Origin: Deltaproteobacteria bacterium
GTDB lineage: Bacteria; Desulfobacterota; Binatia; UBA9968
Reading direction: 5' to 3'
Length of the DNA: 64,000 bases
Assembly: GCA_016210115.1 (NCBI GenBank)
Contig: JACQUW010000216.1
Location: 164 to 64,163 of the forward strand
Shown here: positions 1 through 10,758 of the stretch, one piece after another
How positions within the stretch are numbered: position 1 is the first letter of the stretch
Layout of the letters: every line of letters starts with the position of its first letter
Notes under the pieces: generated by a model
The model's input: the letters and a program-made list of their open reading frames with translations, nothing else
The model's database searches: none
What the model was told of the DNA's origin: nothing
Translations under genes and position numbers: made by a program

Positions 1-80
1 TATAAGTTCAGCCGTCAGCGCGGCAGCCTTAACGTTTGGCTCGCCAATATGCGGTGAATGGCTGAGGGAGCTAAATCAAA

Positions 81-1223
81 ATGATTAAACAATATCTGCT
101 AGCGCCGGGCCCCACGCCCATCCCCGATGAGGTCACCCGGGCCATGGCGGCCACGATCGTTCATCACCGGACGCCCCAGTACAGCCGGATTTTTAGCGAG
201 GCCCGGCAGGGCCTCAAAACTCTTTTCGGAACCCAAAACGACGTGCTGGTTTTGGCCTCTTCCGGTACAGGCGCAATGGAAGCTGCAGTTGCCAACCTGT
301 TTTCTCCGGGCGAGAAGGTCCTGGTTGTCAACGGAGGTAAATTCGGAGAGCGTTGGCTTAACATTTCCAACGCCTTCGGCCTCCAGCCGATCGATCTTAA
401 GGTTGAATGGGGAAAGGCAGTAAAGGTCGAGGCGATAGAAGAGCAACTCAAGCGCCATTCCGATATTCAGGGGATCTTCGTCCAGGCAAGCGAAACCTCG
501 ACCACGGCTGTGCATCCAGTCCGCGAAATCGCGAGGCTTACTCGGAACGGGCCGCTGCTCGTTGTTGATGGTGTTACGGCTGTGGGTGTTTTCCCTGTGC
601 CCCTGGATGCCTGGGGAATCGATGTCCTGGTCACGGGCTCCCAAAAGGCTCTGATGCTGCCGCCCGGGTTGGGCTTTATTGGACTTAGCGACAGGGCCTG
701 GCAGAGGATGGAGAAGGCGAAGCTTCCACGCTTCTATTTCGATTTGAAACTTGAGCGCAAGAGCCAACAAAAGGCCTCTTCTGCGTTTACTCCGGCCGTC
801 TCACTTGTTTTTGGTCTCAAAGCGTCGCTTGAGATGATGCAAAAAGAGGGGCTCGAAAACGTCTATGCCCGCCATGAGCGGTTGGCGCGGGCGACGCGGG
901 CTGCCGCGACCGCCTTAGGACTTAAGCTCCTCGCCCCGGAAAGCCCCAGCCCGGCGGTCACCGGAATCCTGCTCCCCGATGGAGTGGACGGAGAAAAACT
1001 TTTGGACTATCTGCGTGACCAAATGGGTATTACCTTTGCCGAAGGACAGGATCAGCTTAAAGGAAAAATCATCCGCATCGCCCATGTGGGTTACATTGGC
1101 TCGTTCGACATCATCGTTGCCGTGAGCGCATTGGAAATGGCCCTCAGCAAATTCGGCGTACCGGTTGAGTTCGGTCAAGGCGTGGCTGCCGCCCAAAAAG
1201 TTCTAATGGAGACTCTCAGGTAA
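81..1223 (+). CDS. Class V PLP-dependent aminotransferase (AGXT / serine-pyruvate / phosphoserine aminotransferase-like)
   Basis: 380-aa ORF. Motifs LLAPGPTPIP, SSGTGAMEAA and the PLP-lysine motif TGSQKALMLPPGLG are typical of class V aminotransferases. SD-like GAGGGAG lies upstream. The ORF stops 4 nt before serA. Confidence 0.85.
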   Translation: MIKQYLLAPGPTPIPDEVTRAMAATIVHHRTPQYSRIFSEARQGLKTLFGTQNDVLVLASSGTGAMEAAVANLFSPGEKVLVVNGGKFGERWLNISNAFGLQPIDLKVEWGKAVKVEAIEEQLKRHSDIQGIFVQASETSTTAVHPVREIARLTRNGPLLVVDGVTAVGVFPVPLDAWGIDVLVTGSQKALMLPPGLGFIGLSDRAWQRMEKAKLPRFYFDLKLERKSQQKASSAFTPAVSLVFGLKASLEMMQKEGLENVYARHERLARATRAAATALGLKLLAPESPSPAVTGILLPDGVDGEKLLDYLRDQMGITFAEGQDQLKGKIIRIAHVGYIGSFDIIVAVSALEMALSKFGVPVEFGQGVAAAQKVLMETLR

Positions 1224-1227
1224 AACC

Positions 1228-2808
1228 ATGAAGATTCTTGTGACAGACTCCTTATCTCCTCAAGGCATCGAGGTGTTCGAGCGCGCTCCCGGGTTCCAGG
1301 TTGATGTGAAACTGGGACTCAAACCGGCTGAGATCAAAAAGATCGTTCAAGATTATGACGGCTGGGTCATCCGTAGCGGCACCAAAGTCACCGCGGAGCT
1401 AATCGAGGCCGCTCAAAAGCTCAAGGTTGTCGGCAGGGCCGGTGTCGGTGTGGAAAATGTGGATGTGGAGGCTGCGAGCAAAAAAGGCATTGTCGTTATG
1501 AATACCCCGGGCGGGAATAATGTGACGACAGGGGAACACACGATATCGCTGATGCTCTCCCTGGCGCGACACATCCCGCAGGCAGTCGCTTCCCTCAAAT
1601 CGGGAGAGTGGAAACGGAATAAGTTCATGGGGGTGGAGGTCTGCAACAAAACGCTGGGTGTTATCGGTCTCGGAAACGTTGGCCGGATCGTTGCTGAAAG
1701 GGCATTGGGGCTGAGGATGAAGGTCCTTGGCTACGATCCGTATGTTCCGGCAGAGAACGCCGCCCGGCTTGGCGTGGAACCCGTGTCATTGGATGAGATT
1801 TATGCGAGATCCGACTTTATCACGGTCCACGTCCCTTTGACTAAAGAAACAACGGGCCTGATCAATCGAAACACCTTTGCGAAAATGAAGGCGGGTGTTC
1901 GCATTATCAACTGCGCCCGCGGCGGCATTGTGGATGAAGCGGATCTGGCCGAAGCAATTCGAGAAGGCAAGGTGGCCGGTGCGGCGCTCGATGTCTTTGT
2001 TGAAGAGCCTCCGCCACCCGACCATCCTCTGCTCAAATTGGAGCAGGTCATTACGACTCCGCATCTGGGCGCCTCCACCGACGAAGCCCAGCTGAACGTG
2101 GCTATAGCCGTTGCCGAGCAAATGGTCGATTATCTCGCGCGCGGTGTCGTCCGCTACGCGGTCAACGTTCCGTCGGTAAGCCCTGAGCTGCTTAAGGTGC
2201 TGCGGCCCTATTTCACACTGGCTGAAAAGCTGGGAAGCCTTCAAGTTCAGATGGCGGCCACTCTCCCGAAGGAGGTCCAAATCGAATATGGCGGAGAGGT
2301 CACCCAGTACGATGTGACCCCGTTGACTCTGGCCGTGCTAAAGGGGCTCCTGACGCCCATGATGGAATCGAGCGTGAACTACGTGAATGCGCCCCTGATC
2401 GCGCGTGAGAGAGGAATCAAAGTTATCGAGTCAAAGAGCAGTCGAGCCGGCGATTTCGCAAGTTCCATCACCGTGCGGGTGAAGACGAAGGAGAAGGAGA
2501 TCGAGGTCGAAGGCGCGATCTTCGGGAGCAATAATCCCCGGATTGTAAAAGTCGACAGCTTCTATCTCGAAGCCGTGCCCGAAGGCTACATACTCATTCT
2601 GCATAACCGGGATGTCCCCGGGGTGGTCGGCGCCGTGGGCACCCTCCTCGGAAGAAAAAACATCAATATCGCTGGATTGGAACTCGGCCGCAAGAAAGGC
2701 GGCATGGCAATCTCGTTTATTCACGTGGACGAGCCGGTTCCCAAAGAGACCCTCCAGGAATTGCGCAGCCTTCCGAATATCGTCTCCGCAGACTTGGTTC
2801 GATTATGA
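1228..2808 (+). CDS. serA: D-3-phosphoglycerate dehydrogenase (long form with C-terminal ACT domain)
   Basis: 526 aa. NAD-binding GVIGLGNVGRIVA, the D-2-hydroxyacid dehydrogenase region NCARGGIVDE...TPHLGAST, and an ACT-like C-terminus ILILHNRDVPGVVGAVGTLLG. Confidence 0.92.
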   Translation: MKILVTDSLSPQGIEVFERAPGFQVDVKLGLKPAEIKKIVQDYDGWVIRSGTKVTAELIEAAQKLKVVGRAGVGVENVDVEAASKKGIVVMNTPGGNNVTTGEHTISLMLSLARHIPQAVASLKSGEWKRNKFMGVEVCNKTLGVIGLGNVGRIVAERALGLRMKVLGYDPYVPAENAARLGVEPVSLDEIYARSDFITVHVPLTKETTGLINRNTFAKMKAGVRIINCARGGIVDEADLAEAIREGKVAGAALDVFVEEPPPPDHPLLKLEQVITTPHLGASTDEAQLNVAIAVAEQMVDYLARGVVRYAVNVPSVSPELLKVLRPYFTLAEKLGSLQVQMAATLPKEVQIEYGGEVTQYDVTPLTLAVLKGLLTPMMESSVNYVNAPLIARERGIKVIESKSSRAGDFASSITVRVKTKEKEIEVEGAIFGSNNPRIVKVDSFYLEAVPEGYILILHNRDVPGVVGAVGTLLGRKNINIAGLELGRKKGGMAISFIHVDEPVPKETLQELRSLPNIVSADLVRL

Positions 2809-4182
<1,374 letters not shown>

Positions 4183-4285
4183 ATCGCCGCTCAGGGGGCT
4201 TAGCCCGGGTAGCGAAAGCCGGTTGCGGGCTCAAGAAGCGGGTCCTATGCCTGAGCCGACCGGGCGTATCGCCTGGGGGGCCTGC

Positions 4286-5308
4286 TCAGCGTAGCTTAAA
4301 GATTTCCAGATAAAGTTTTACGGTCTCGTCGAAGTTCCGGTAATCCTCCGGGTTTTCAATCGCATACTTGTAGCCTCTAAACAGTCTCGGAGGATCTGGC
4401 TCCACGTCCCGGCGAACGGGAATTCGCTGGAAGCTCCGCAGCATCTCCGCCCCTTCTTTTGAGAGGAGGAAATCAAGGAAAAGCCTTGCGGCATTGGGAT
4501 GAGGCGCCTTGGCGGCCAGCATGACCGGGTTCACCTGCACGATGGCAGGTTCGAGAGCAACCCAGTCGATGGGTGCGCCCCTTGAAGTTAATCTCTGGAT
4601 TGTTTGGTTGTAAGCAATCAGGAGCGGGTATTCACCAGCCACAGTCATCTGGACGCGTTCAGTATTCCCCCGCTTGGGAACCGGGTCCAGAGCGGCCAGT
4701 TTTCTTAAATAGGCTACAGCCTTCTCCCTCCCCCACACCCGGATCAGACCTTGGAGCATGCCGTAAGCCTCAGTGTCGATGGAAATCTGCCCTCCCTTCC
4801 ACCTGGGATTAATGAGCGCTTCATAAGTCCTGGGAACATCCTCTTTCTTCACCTGTTTGGTGTTCCAACCCAGGACATAGGTATTGATATAATAAGCAGT
4901 CCAGTAACCTTCATTATCCACCAACTGAGCGTCTATCATCTTGGCCTCTGCCGACCGGTAAGAGGCCAGAAGTTTTCTCTCTATGAGCGGCAGGACCATC
5001 TCGCCCCTTCCGACGAGCACATCCCAGGCATGTCTCCCTCCACGGACTTCGGTGAGAATCTTATTCAACAATGGCCCACCGCCAGTGCGAAAAAGGGTCG
5101 GCTTAATAAAGGGATACTTCTTCTCGAAACGGTCTACCACTTGCTTGCTCTGGTCTAGAGTCATGGTCGTGTACCAGATGACCTCCCCTTCCTTCTTTGC
5201 ACCCTCGATCAGCTTGGGATCCGCGCCGGTCTGGCCCCAACCGACGGCGTTTTGCAGTACCAGCGCAAATAGGACACCTAACCCAGAAAGCATTCTCAAG
5301 TGTTGCAT
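4286..5308 (-). CDS. Periplasmic solute-binding protein (family-1 / Fe3+-type ABC SBP fold), orphan
   Basis: Signal peptide MQHLRMLSGLGVLFALVL after SD GGAGGA. Clear paralog of the 19038-20045 ORF, sharing KKYPFI, AGEYP, RGAPIDWV and KAPHP..A.L..DFL.S.EG. No permease or ATPase gene is adjacent. Confidence 0.75.
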   Translation of the reverse strand: MQHLRMLSGLGVLFALVLQNAVGWGQTGADPKLIEGAKKEGEVIWYTTMTLDQSKQVVDRFEKKYPFIKPTLFRTGGGPLLNKILTEVRGGRHAWDVLVGRGEMVLPLIERKLLASYRSAEAKMIDAQLVDNEGYWTAYYINTYVLGWNTKQVKKEDVPRTYEALINPRWKGGQISIDTEAYGMLQGLIRVWGREKAVAYLRKLAALDPVPKRGNTERVQMTVAGEYPLLIAYNQTIQRLTSRGAPIDWVALEPAIVQVNPVMLAAKAPHPNAARLFLDFLLSKEGAEMLRSFQRIPVRRDVEPDPPRLFRGYKYAIENPEDYRNFDETVKLYLEIFKLR

Positions 5309-5474
5309 CGTGATTTCCTCCGGCACCAACGTAAGCTTAAACACATGTTAAGAAATCCTGTGAGGCAAATCAACCGTCCCGCCCCAAGGCCGCGCTCCCC
5401 TGCTTTTACGATAACGGCCGTCTTTTTGGGGCGCCAGGTCCTGTCGCAAGAGTCAAACGCCGTATTTTTGTGAC

Positions 5475-5503
5475 TTGATAACTGGACCGCTGGCGTTTAT
5501 TAT
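5475..5503 (+). promoter_or_regulatory. Sigma-70-like promoter candidate (TTGATA-N17-TATTAT)
   Basis: -35 TTGATA at 5475-5480, a 17-nt spacer, and -10 TATTAT at 5498-5503, about 40 nt upstream of the DUF883 gene ATG at 5543. Confidence 0.4.
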
Positions 5504-5542
5504 ATTTTCTGCCTTTCATCATATCTCAGGAGGTGGCCGACA

Positions 5543-5839
5543 ATGGAACTTAACAAAGACAAACTGATGTCAGACTTCAAAGCCTTGATTGGGGATGCAG
5601 AGGAGCTGTTTAAGGCCACTGCGAACCAGGCCGGCGAAAGAGTGGCTGCAGCGCGCCAGCGCATCGGAGAAAGCCTGGAGGAGGCGAAAAAAACGCTTTC
5701 CGACGCAGACCTCTTGCTCGAAAAAAGCAGAGAGGCGGCGAAAAGAGCGGATCTCTACGTGAAGGAAAATCCATGGAACGCTGTAGGGCTCGCTGCTGGC
5801 GTTGGTCTGCTGCTCGGCATACTTATACGCCGTAGTTGA
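5543..5839 (+). CDS. DUF883 (ElaB/YqjD/YgaM) tail-anchored membrane protein
   Basis: 98 aa. Coiled N-terminal part followed by the characteristic C-terminus ENPWNAVGLAAGVGLLLGILIRRS. SD GGAGG lies 7 nt upstream. Confidence 0.85.
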   Translation: MELNKDKLMSDFKALIGDAEELFKATANQAGERVAAARQRIGESLEEAKKTLSDADLLLEKSREAAKRADLYVKENPWNAVGLAAGVGLLLGILIRRS

Positions 5840-5849
5840 TTTCCCGTAC

Positions 5850-6248
5850 ATGGCTCCTGAAGAAGAAAGGGTTCAGCAGACTGCACCCACGGGGCTTCTC
5901 GATCCCCTCAATGGAATCGTAACGACCATTATCGCTTTCCTAAAGACTCGACTGGAGCTCGCTCTAGTCGAGGTCGCCGAAGAGAAAGCGAGGATCAAGA
6001 GAATAATTGTGCTCGGGGTGCTGGCGTTTTTCTGCGTGATCGCCGGGGTGATCCTTTTGACCCTTTGTATTGTCATTGCCTTTGAGGAAAGCCAGCGGTT
6101 GTTTGTTCTCGCCGGATTCACCGTCTTCTATCTGGCGATCGCGCTCATTGCGGGACTGGTCATCTGGCGGAAAATAGCGACTAGGCCGAAGCTTTTCTCC
6201 GCCACGTTGGGCGAGTTAACCAAAGATCGCGACAGCTTCATACCTTAG
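5850..6248 (+). CDS. YqjE-like / phage-holin-family (holin-X) membrane protein
   Basis: About 132 aa from ATG 5850. Amphipathic LKTRLELALVEVAEEKARI followed by two TM helices. Sits in the canonical position after a DUF883 gene. The ORF-track start at 5802 (TTG) would overlap the upstream gene by 38 nt. Confidence 0.7.
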   Translation: MAPEEERVQQTAPTGLLDPLNGIVTTIIAFLKTRLELALVEVAEEKARIKRIIVLGVLAFFCVIAGVILLTLCIVIAFEESQRLFVLAGFTVFYLAIALIAGLVIWRKIATRPKLFSATLGELTKDRDSFIP

Positions 6249-6251
6249 ACG

Positions 6252-6560
6252 ATGAGCGCCAAAACGAGAGAACTAGCACGCAGGCGAGAAGCTCTTATAG
6301 GTCAGGCGGCCACGCAAAGAGAGCAGCTCGTTAAAAAGTACCGCCAAATTCTAAAACCCTTGCGATTTGTTAAGAGCACGGTCGCCGTGGCTGGACTGAT
6401 GAAGATCTTCCGCATCCGTCCAACCATACTCGCCGGTCTGGCAGCGTTGCTCCTTGCTACTCGCAAGAGGAAACCTGTCGAGTCCACTCGGAGACCTTCC
6501 ACAATTTGGAAAATTGTTCGAGGGCTCGGCAGATTGGGGTCAGGACGCCCCAGCCGCTAA
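6252..6560 (+). CDS. YqjK-like small protein
   Basis: 102 aa. N-terminal RRREALIGQAATQREQL, then one hydrophobic segment. Third gene of a yqjD-yqjE-yqjK-type arrangement. Confidence 0.6.
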   Translation: MSAKTRELARRREALIGQAATQREQLVKKYRQILKPLRFVKSTVAVAGLMKIFRIRPTILAGLAALLLATRKRKPVESTRRPSTIWKIVRGLGRLGSGRPSR

Positions 6561-6618
6561 ACGGTCCGTGTAACCCGGCCGAACCCCCGGAGGTTGTGGC
6601 GACAACCGCTTGCTCGGC

Positions 6619-8301
6619 TCATTCGGCGCGCGCCTTTTCTAGCTTTCTGGGATCCGCCTCGCCCGCGATTTTGGACTTTTTAATGAGAATTCCCTGAACG
6701 ACTCCTAAAGAGTTTCTTTCTTTGATCGCGTGGCCTCTTCGCTCCAGTGATTTTCTGGTTGCCGGGGGTATGGCTGGCTCCAAAGCGAGCTCGTCCGGCA
6801 TCCACTGATGGTGGATGCGGGGCGCCTCAATCGCTTGTTTGAGCGGCATTCTGAAATCCACAACGTTGAGGATTGCCTGTAAGGTCGCGCTGATGATACG
6901 CGGCCCGCCTGAGCCTCCTATGATGAGAGCCGGCCTTTCACCTTGAAGAAGAATCGTTGGAGCCATGCTGCTCAACGGTCTTTTCCTGGGCTGGATGGAA
7001 TTGGCATCTATGCCGATCAGTTTGTAAACGTTCGGTACTCCCGGATGAATGGAGAAGTCGTCCATTTCGTTGTTCAGTATGATGCCGGTCTCAGGAATCA
7101 GAAGTTTTGATCCCAGCTGGGTGTTAATCGTAAGACTGCACGACACTGCGTTTCCGAATCGGTCGATCACCCCGAAATGCGTTGTTCCTCCCTGCTCAGA
7201 CTTGACGGGAACCTGACCATAATAGGCGTGCGGGTAGGTTCTGACGGAAGAAATACGATTGCGGACACCGGCCGCGTACTCTTTAGAGGTTAGCTTCTGT
7301 GTCGGAACGTTGACGAAATCGGGGTCTCCCAAATGTTGTGCCCGATCTGCAAAGGCGTGCTTCATCGTTTCCGCGAGCAGGTGAAGATAGGTGGCGGAAT
7401 GATGGGGGATAACCTGGAGCTGATATCCTTCCAAAACATTCAGCATCTGAATTAACGCAATCCCGCCCGAGCTGGGCGGCGGCATAGTTATGACCAGCCG
7501 CTTTCGGTAAGTTCCTATAATAGGCTCTCTCCAGACGGGCTTGTAATTTTTGAGATCGTCCACAGTCAAAATCCCGCCCTCTTTCTTGATTCCGTCGGCT
7601 ATGGCTTGGCCAATCCAGCCTTGATAAAAGACCTGCGGCCCCTGTTGGGCCACAGCTTTCAACGTTTCGGCCAGCTCGGGCTGGCGCAACTTCTCGCCTT
7701 CAGGAGGCACGTCGTCCTTTACGAGCAGAAGACGAGAAAGGCCTTGAGACTTGCGGATTGTGGGGAGTTGGCGTTCCAGCACATAATGCAGATACGGATG
7801 GAGCGGAAAGCCCTCGCTCGCATAGCGAATTGCCGGCGCGAGGACGACCGGCAGCGATAGAGTCCCGAAACGCTTCAAAGCCTCGGCCAGTCCTGCAACT
7901 TCGCCAGGAACGGCGACTGCCAGAGGCCCGTTGAGACTTAAGCCGGGAACGGGTTTCCCTCCTTTCAAAAACATATCTCTGGTGGCCGCGGCGGGCGCCG
8001 TTTCACGAAAGTCCAGCACATGAGCCTTTCTTTCACTTGCCTGGTAAATCACCATAAATCCCCCTCCTCCGATTCCGGAAGAGGCGGGGTCCACAACGGC
8101 CAGAGCAAATGCCGTGGCGACTGCGGCATCCACAGCATTTCCGCCACGCTTTAGGATCTCCATGCCGGCCGTGGTTGCTAAGGCGTTATCCGAGACGACA
8201 ATGCCTTTGCCGCTTTGTTGGGCGAGGGAAGAGAGCGGTGCAATGAAGAGAAAAAAGAGGAGGAGCAAGAATGCTCGACGGTGGATTCTGATCCGTAACA
8301 T
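6619..8301 (-). CDS. ggt: Gamma-glutamyltransferase
   Basis: 560 aa with a signal peptide. Autoprocessing/nucleophile region EQGGTTHFGVIDRFGNAV and the distal GGSGGPRII motif. Confidence 0.92.
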   Translation of the reverse strand: MLRIRIHRRAFLLLLFFLFIAPLSSLAQQSGKGIVVSDNALATTAGMEILKRGGNAVDAAVATAFALAVVDPASSGIGGGGFMVIYQASERKAHVLDFRETAPAAATRDMFLKGGKPVPGLSLNGPLAVAVPGEVAGLAEALKRFGTLSLPVVLAPAIRYASEGFPLHPYLHYVLERQLPTIRKSQGLSRLLLVKDDVPPEGEKLRQPELAETLKAVAQQGPQVFYQGWIGQAIADGIKKEGGILTVDDLKNYKPVWREPIIGTYRKRLVITMPPPSSGGIALIQMLNVLEGYQLQVIPHHSATYLHLLAETMKHAFADRAQHLGDPDFVNVPTQKLTSKEYAAGVRNRISSVRTYPHAYYGQVPVKSEQGGTTHFGVIDRFGNAVSCSLTINTQLGSKLLIPETGIILNNEMDDFSIHPGVPNVYKLIGIDANSIQPRKRPLSSMAPTILLQGERPALIIGGSGGPRIISATLQAILNVVDFRMPLKQAIEAPRIHHQWMPDELALEPAIPPATRKSLERRGHAIKERNSLGVVQGILIKKSKIAGEADPRKLEKARAE

Positions 8302-8403
8302 AGCTTGAGAGTGTCAAATGCCGCCTTTTGTTTAGAACTTTGCAGGGTGATTTGCAACTGAAGATGATAGAAAACCGGGCATGGATATGTCACTAAAAGA
8401 GTC

Positions 8404-9396
8404 ATGAGATTCCGTTCTTGCTGGGCGATGTTTTTCTTGCTCATTTCCTGCGGGCCATCAATGGTGGCTCCATCGGCCTCGGGCTATCTCCCGGTCACGG
8501 TCATTCCAATTGTTCTTGATTCCAGGAATCCCAACGCCAGCGTCGGATCTCTAAAGTTCCTCAGCGGGTTTGAGCTTAAGTCCTCCGATCCTCGATTCGG
8601 AGGCTTCTCCGGTTTAACGTTAAGCGCGGATGGCACCGTCCTCTATGCCGTCTCGGACCGTGGCTACTGGGCCTCCGCAAAGATGCGCCATGACTCCGAG
8701 GCGCGTCTGTCCGGTCTGGATTCGTGGGAAATGGATTCTCTCTTGACTCCGGAGGCTAGCACCGTGAGCGGTCCGTTGACTGATGCTGAGGCGCTGGCCC
8801 GCGACCGTGATGATGGATCGTTGATTGTCGGATTTGAGCAGATTCATCGATTATGGCGCTATCGACCTCCACCTGCCGGACTGCGGGTGCCTCCGCAGCC
8901 CGTTCCTATCCCCGCAGAACTCCAAAAGGCTCCTCGCAACGGTGGAATTGAAGCGGTCACGGTTCTTCTGGATGGGCGGATCTTCATCCTGGCCGAAGAA
9001 TTCGAGAACCCGGACGGCAGACTCAAAGGTTGGCTGATCGACAGCCAAAACTTTTCAGAAATGTCGTACGTGCACTCAGACAGGTTTCGTCCGACCGACA
9101 TGGCAACCCTTCCGAACGGAGACGTTCTCGTGCTGGAACGACGATATGGGTTTCTTGGGAATTGGGGCGCGCGGTTTCAAAGACTATCCCGGGAAAGCTT
9201 ACGCCCCGGCGCTCGCGTAGCAGCTGAAGAGATCGCTCGTATCGAGCCTCCACTGACGCTGGACAATTTTGAAGGCCTTGCGGTCCATAAGGACGAGAAA
9301 GGGAATCTCTTCATCTACATCATCTCAGATGATAACTACAGCTTTTTCCAGAGGACGCTTCTGCTGCAATTCCGGTTGGAAGCGGCGGGCGACTGA
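8404..9396 (+). CDS. Phytase-like esterase family lipoprotein (beta-propeller, PF13449-like)
   Basis: Lipobox FLLISC, FGGFSGLTLSADGTVLYAVSDRGYW, and C-terminal EGLAV...IYIISDDN, typical of 'esterase-like activity of phytase' proteins. Confidence 0.6.
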   Translation: MRFRSCWAMFFLLISCGPSMVAPSASGYLPVTVIPIVLDSRNPNASVGSLKFLSGFELKSSDPRFGGFSGLTLSADGTVLYAVSDRGYWASAKMRHDSEARLSGLDSWEMDSLLTPEASTVSGPLTDAEALARDRDDGSLIVGFEQIHRLWRYRPPPAGLRVPPQPVPIPAELQKAPRNGGIEAVTVLLDGRIFILAEEFENPDGRLKGWLIDSQNFSEMSYVHSDRFRPTDMATLPNGDVLVLERRYGFLGNWGARFQRLSRESLRPGARVAAEEIARIEPPLTLDNFEGLAVHKDEKGNLFIYIISDDNYSFFQRTLLLQFRLEAAGD

Positions 9397-9397
9397 C

Positions 9398-10336
9398 ATG
9401 CCGGAACTTCCCGACGTGGTGGCGTACATTAACGCTCTGCAAGCCAGAATCCAGGGACAGATCCTGAAGAGAATTCGAGTGGCAAGTCCATTTTTGCTTC
9501 GCTCGGTGGAGCCTGCCATTTCTGAGGCCGAAGGAAAACGGGTCATAGGATTTCACCGGCTCGGCAAGCGTATTGTACTTGAGATCGAAGGGGAGATGTT
9601 TCTCATTCTTCACCTGATGATTGCCGGCCGCCTCCATTGGAAAAGTGCGGGAATCCAAATACCGAAAAAATACGGCCTTGCCGCGTTTGATTTTGCTTCG
9701 GGGACTGTCCTTTTGACGGAAGCGGGCTCTAAGAGGCGCGTCTCTCTTCACCTGGTCCGTGGACGCGAGGCTCTTAATGAGCATGACCGCGGGGGACTCG
9801 AGGTTTTGGACGCAGATTTGGAAGCTTTCCGGCAGGTTCTCCGGCGGGAGAATCACACTTTAAAGAGGGCGCTTACGGACCCGTCCCTCTTCAGCGGCAT
9901 CGGTAACGCTTATTCCGACGAGATTCTCCATCGGGCAAGGCTCTCGCCCATTAAGCTCACTCAACGGCTCAACGAAGATGAAATCGAAAGACTCTACCAC
10001 GCGATCCGAAACACTCTTCTGCTTTGGATCGATCGTCTTCAGGGGGACGCTCAAAAGAGTTTTCCCGAGAAGGTCACGGCTTTTCGTCCAGGAATGGCAG
10101 TTCATGGCCGGTATGGAAAACCATGTCTTGATTGCGGCGCTCCCGTGCAGCGGATTGTCTATGCCGAGAACGAGGCTAATTACTGCGCGCAGTGTCAGAC
10201 CGGGGGTAGGCTTCTTGCTGACCGGGCGCTGTCACGCCTGCTTAAAGACGATTGGCCTCGAACGTTGGAAGAGATGGAGGAGAGAAGGAATCCAGAAGGT
10301 AGGCCACCTTCAGGCAAGGGTCGCTTACCCGTTTAA
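9398..10336 (+). CDS. Fpg/Nei-family DNA glycosylase / AP lyase
   Basis: N-terminus MPELPDVV (catalytic Pro2/Glu3), H2TH region GIGNAYSDEILHRARLSP, and C-terminal zinc finger CLDCGAPV...YCAQCQ. The true ATG at 9398 lies 1 nt after the upstream stop; the ORF-track start at 9269 is an artefactual extension. Confidence 0.9.
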   Translation: MPELPDVVAYINALQARIQGQILKRIRVASPFLLRSVEPAISEAEGKRVIGFHRLGKRIVLEIEGEMFLILHLMIAGRLHWKSAGIQIPKKYGLAAFDFASGTVLLTEAGSKRRVSLHLVRGREALNEHDRGGLEVLDADLEAFRQVLRRENHTLKRALTDPSLFSGIGNAYSDEILHRARLSPIKLTQRLNEDEIERLYHAIRNTLLLWIDRLQGDAQKSFPEKVTAFRPGMAVHGRYGKPCLDCGAPVQRIVYAENEANYCAQCQTGGRLLADRALSRLLKDDWPRTLEEMEERRNPEGRPPSGKGRLPV

Positions 10337-10351
10337 AGGCTAATGGCAAAG

Positions 10352-10384
10352 AAAAGGGACGGTGTTTAACCGTCCCTTTTCCCC
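10352..10384 (+). terminator. Stem-loop terminator candidate after the Fpg/Nei gene
   Basis: AAAAGGGACGG-tgtttaa-CCGTCCCTTTT, a perfect 11-bp stem beginning 16 nt after the stop codon. Confidence 0.55.
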
Positions 10385-10590
10385 AAACCGTTTAGAACTT
10401 CCAAACTCTTCTTGAACCGTAAAGGCTTCTAGAGCACGTCCCCTCACTGTGGGGGCATTCGGTTTGGGTACAATGTAATCTACATCAGATTACGTTTCTG
10501 TCAAGCTAGAGTTTTCTCGGACTAGACAGGATGCGATGCTGGAATTGAAGAAGCCGTTCCGCACCTTTCATCAGTTCAATGCTCAATTCA

Positions 10591-10616
10591 TGTAAAGAGT
10601 GTCGGGAAACTTTACA
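10591..10616. promoter_or_regulatory. Inverted repeat TGTAAAG-N12-CTTTACA (candidate enhancer/activator site)
   Basis: Perfect 7-bp arms about 145-170 bp upstream of the sigma-54 promoter. The related half-site TGTAAAGACTTCTTACA (TGTAA-N7-TTACA) is at 10689-10705, and GTAAAGGCTTCT is at 10419-10430. Confidence 0.35.
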
Positions 10617-10758
10617 AAAAAGCCTATTGAAGTTTCTTGAATCAACTCAATCGTTTATCTAGAGCAGGCCCCATGGGAACCAGATTTCTGTAAAGACTTC
10701 TTACAAATAACGGTTCCGAGCCTATTTAGAAGTTCAGTAAAATCAGCTGGTTGCATTT

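Noticed and set aside
9269-9397. N-terminal extension of the Fpg/Nei ORF (ORF-track start at 9269)
   Set aside because: The extension overlaps the last 128 nt of the upstream gene. Fpg/Nei enzymes require Pro2 after the initiator Met, which fits MPELPDV at 9398.
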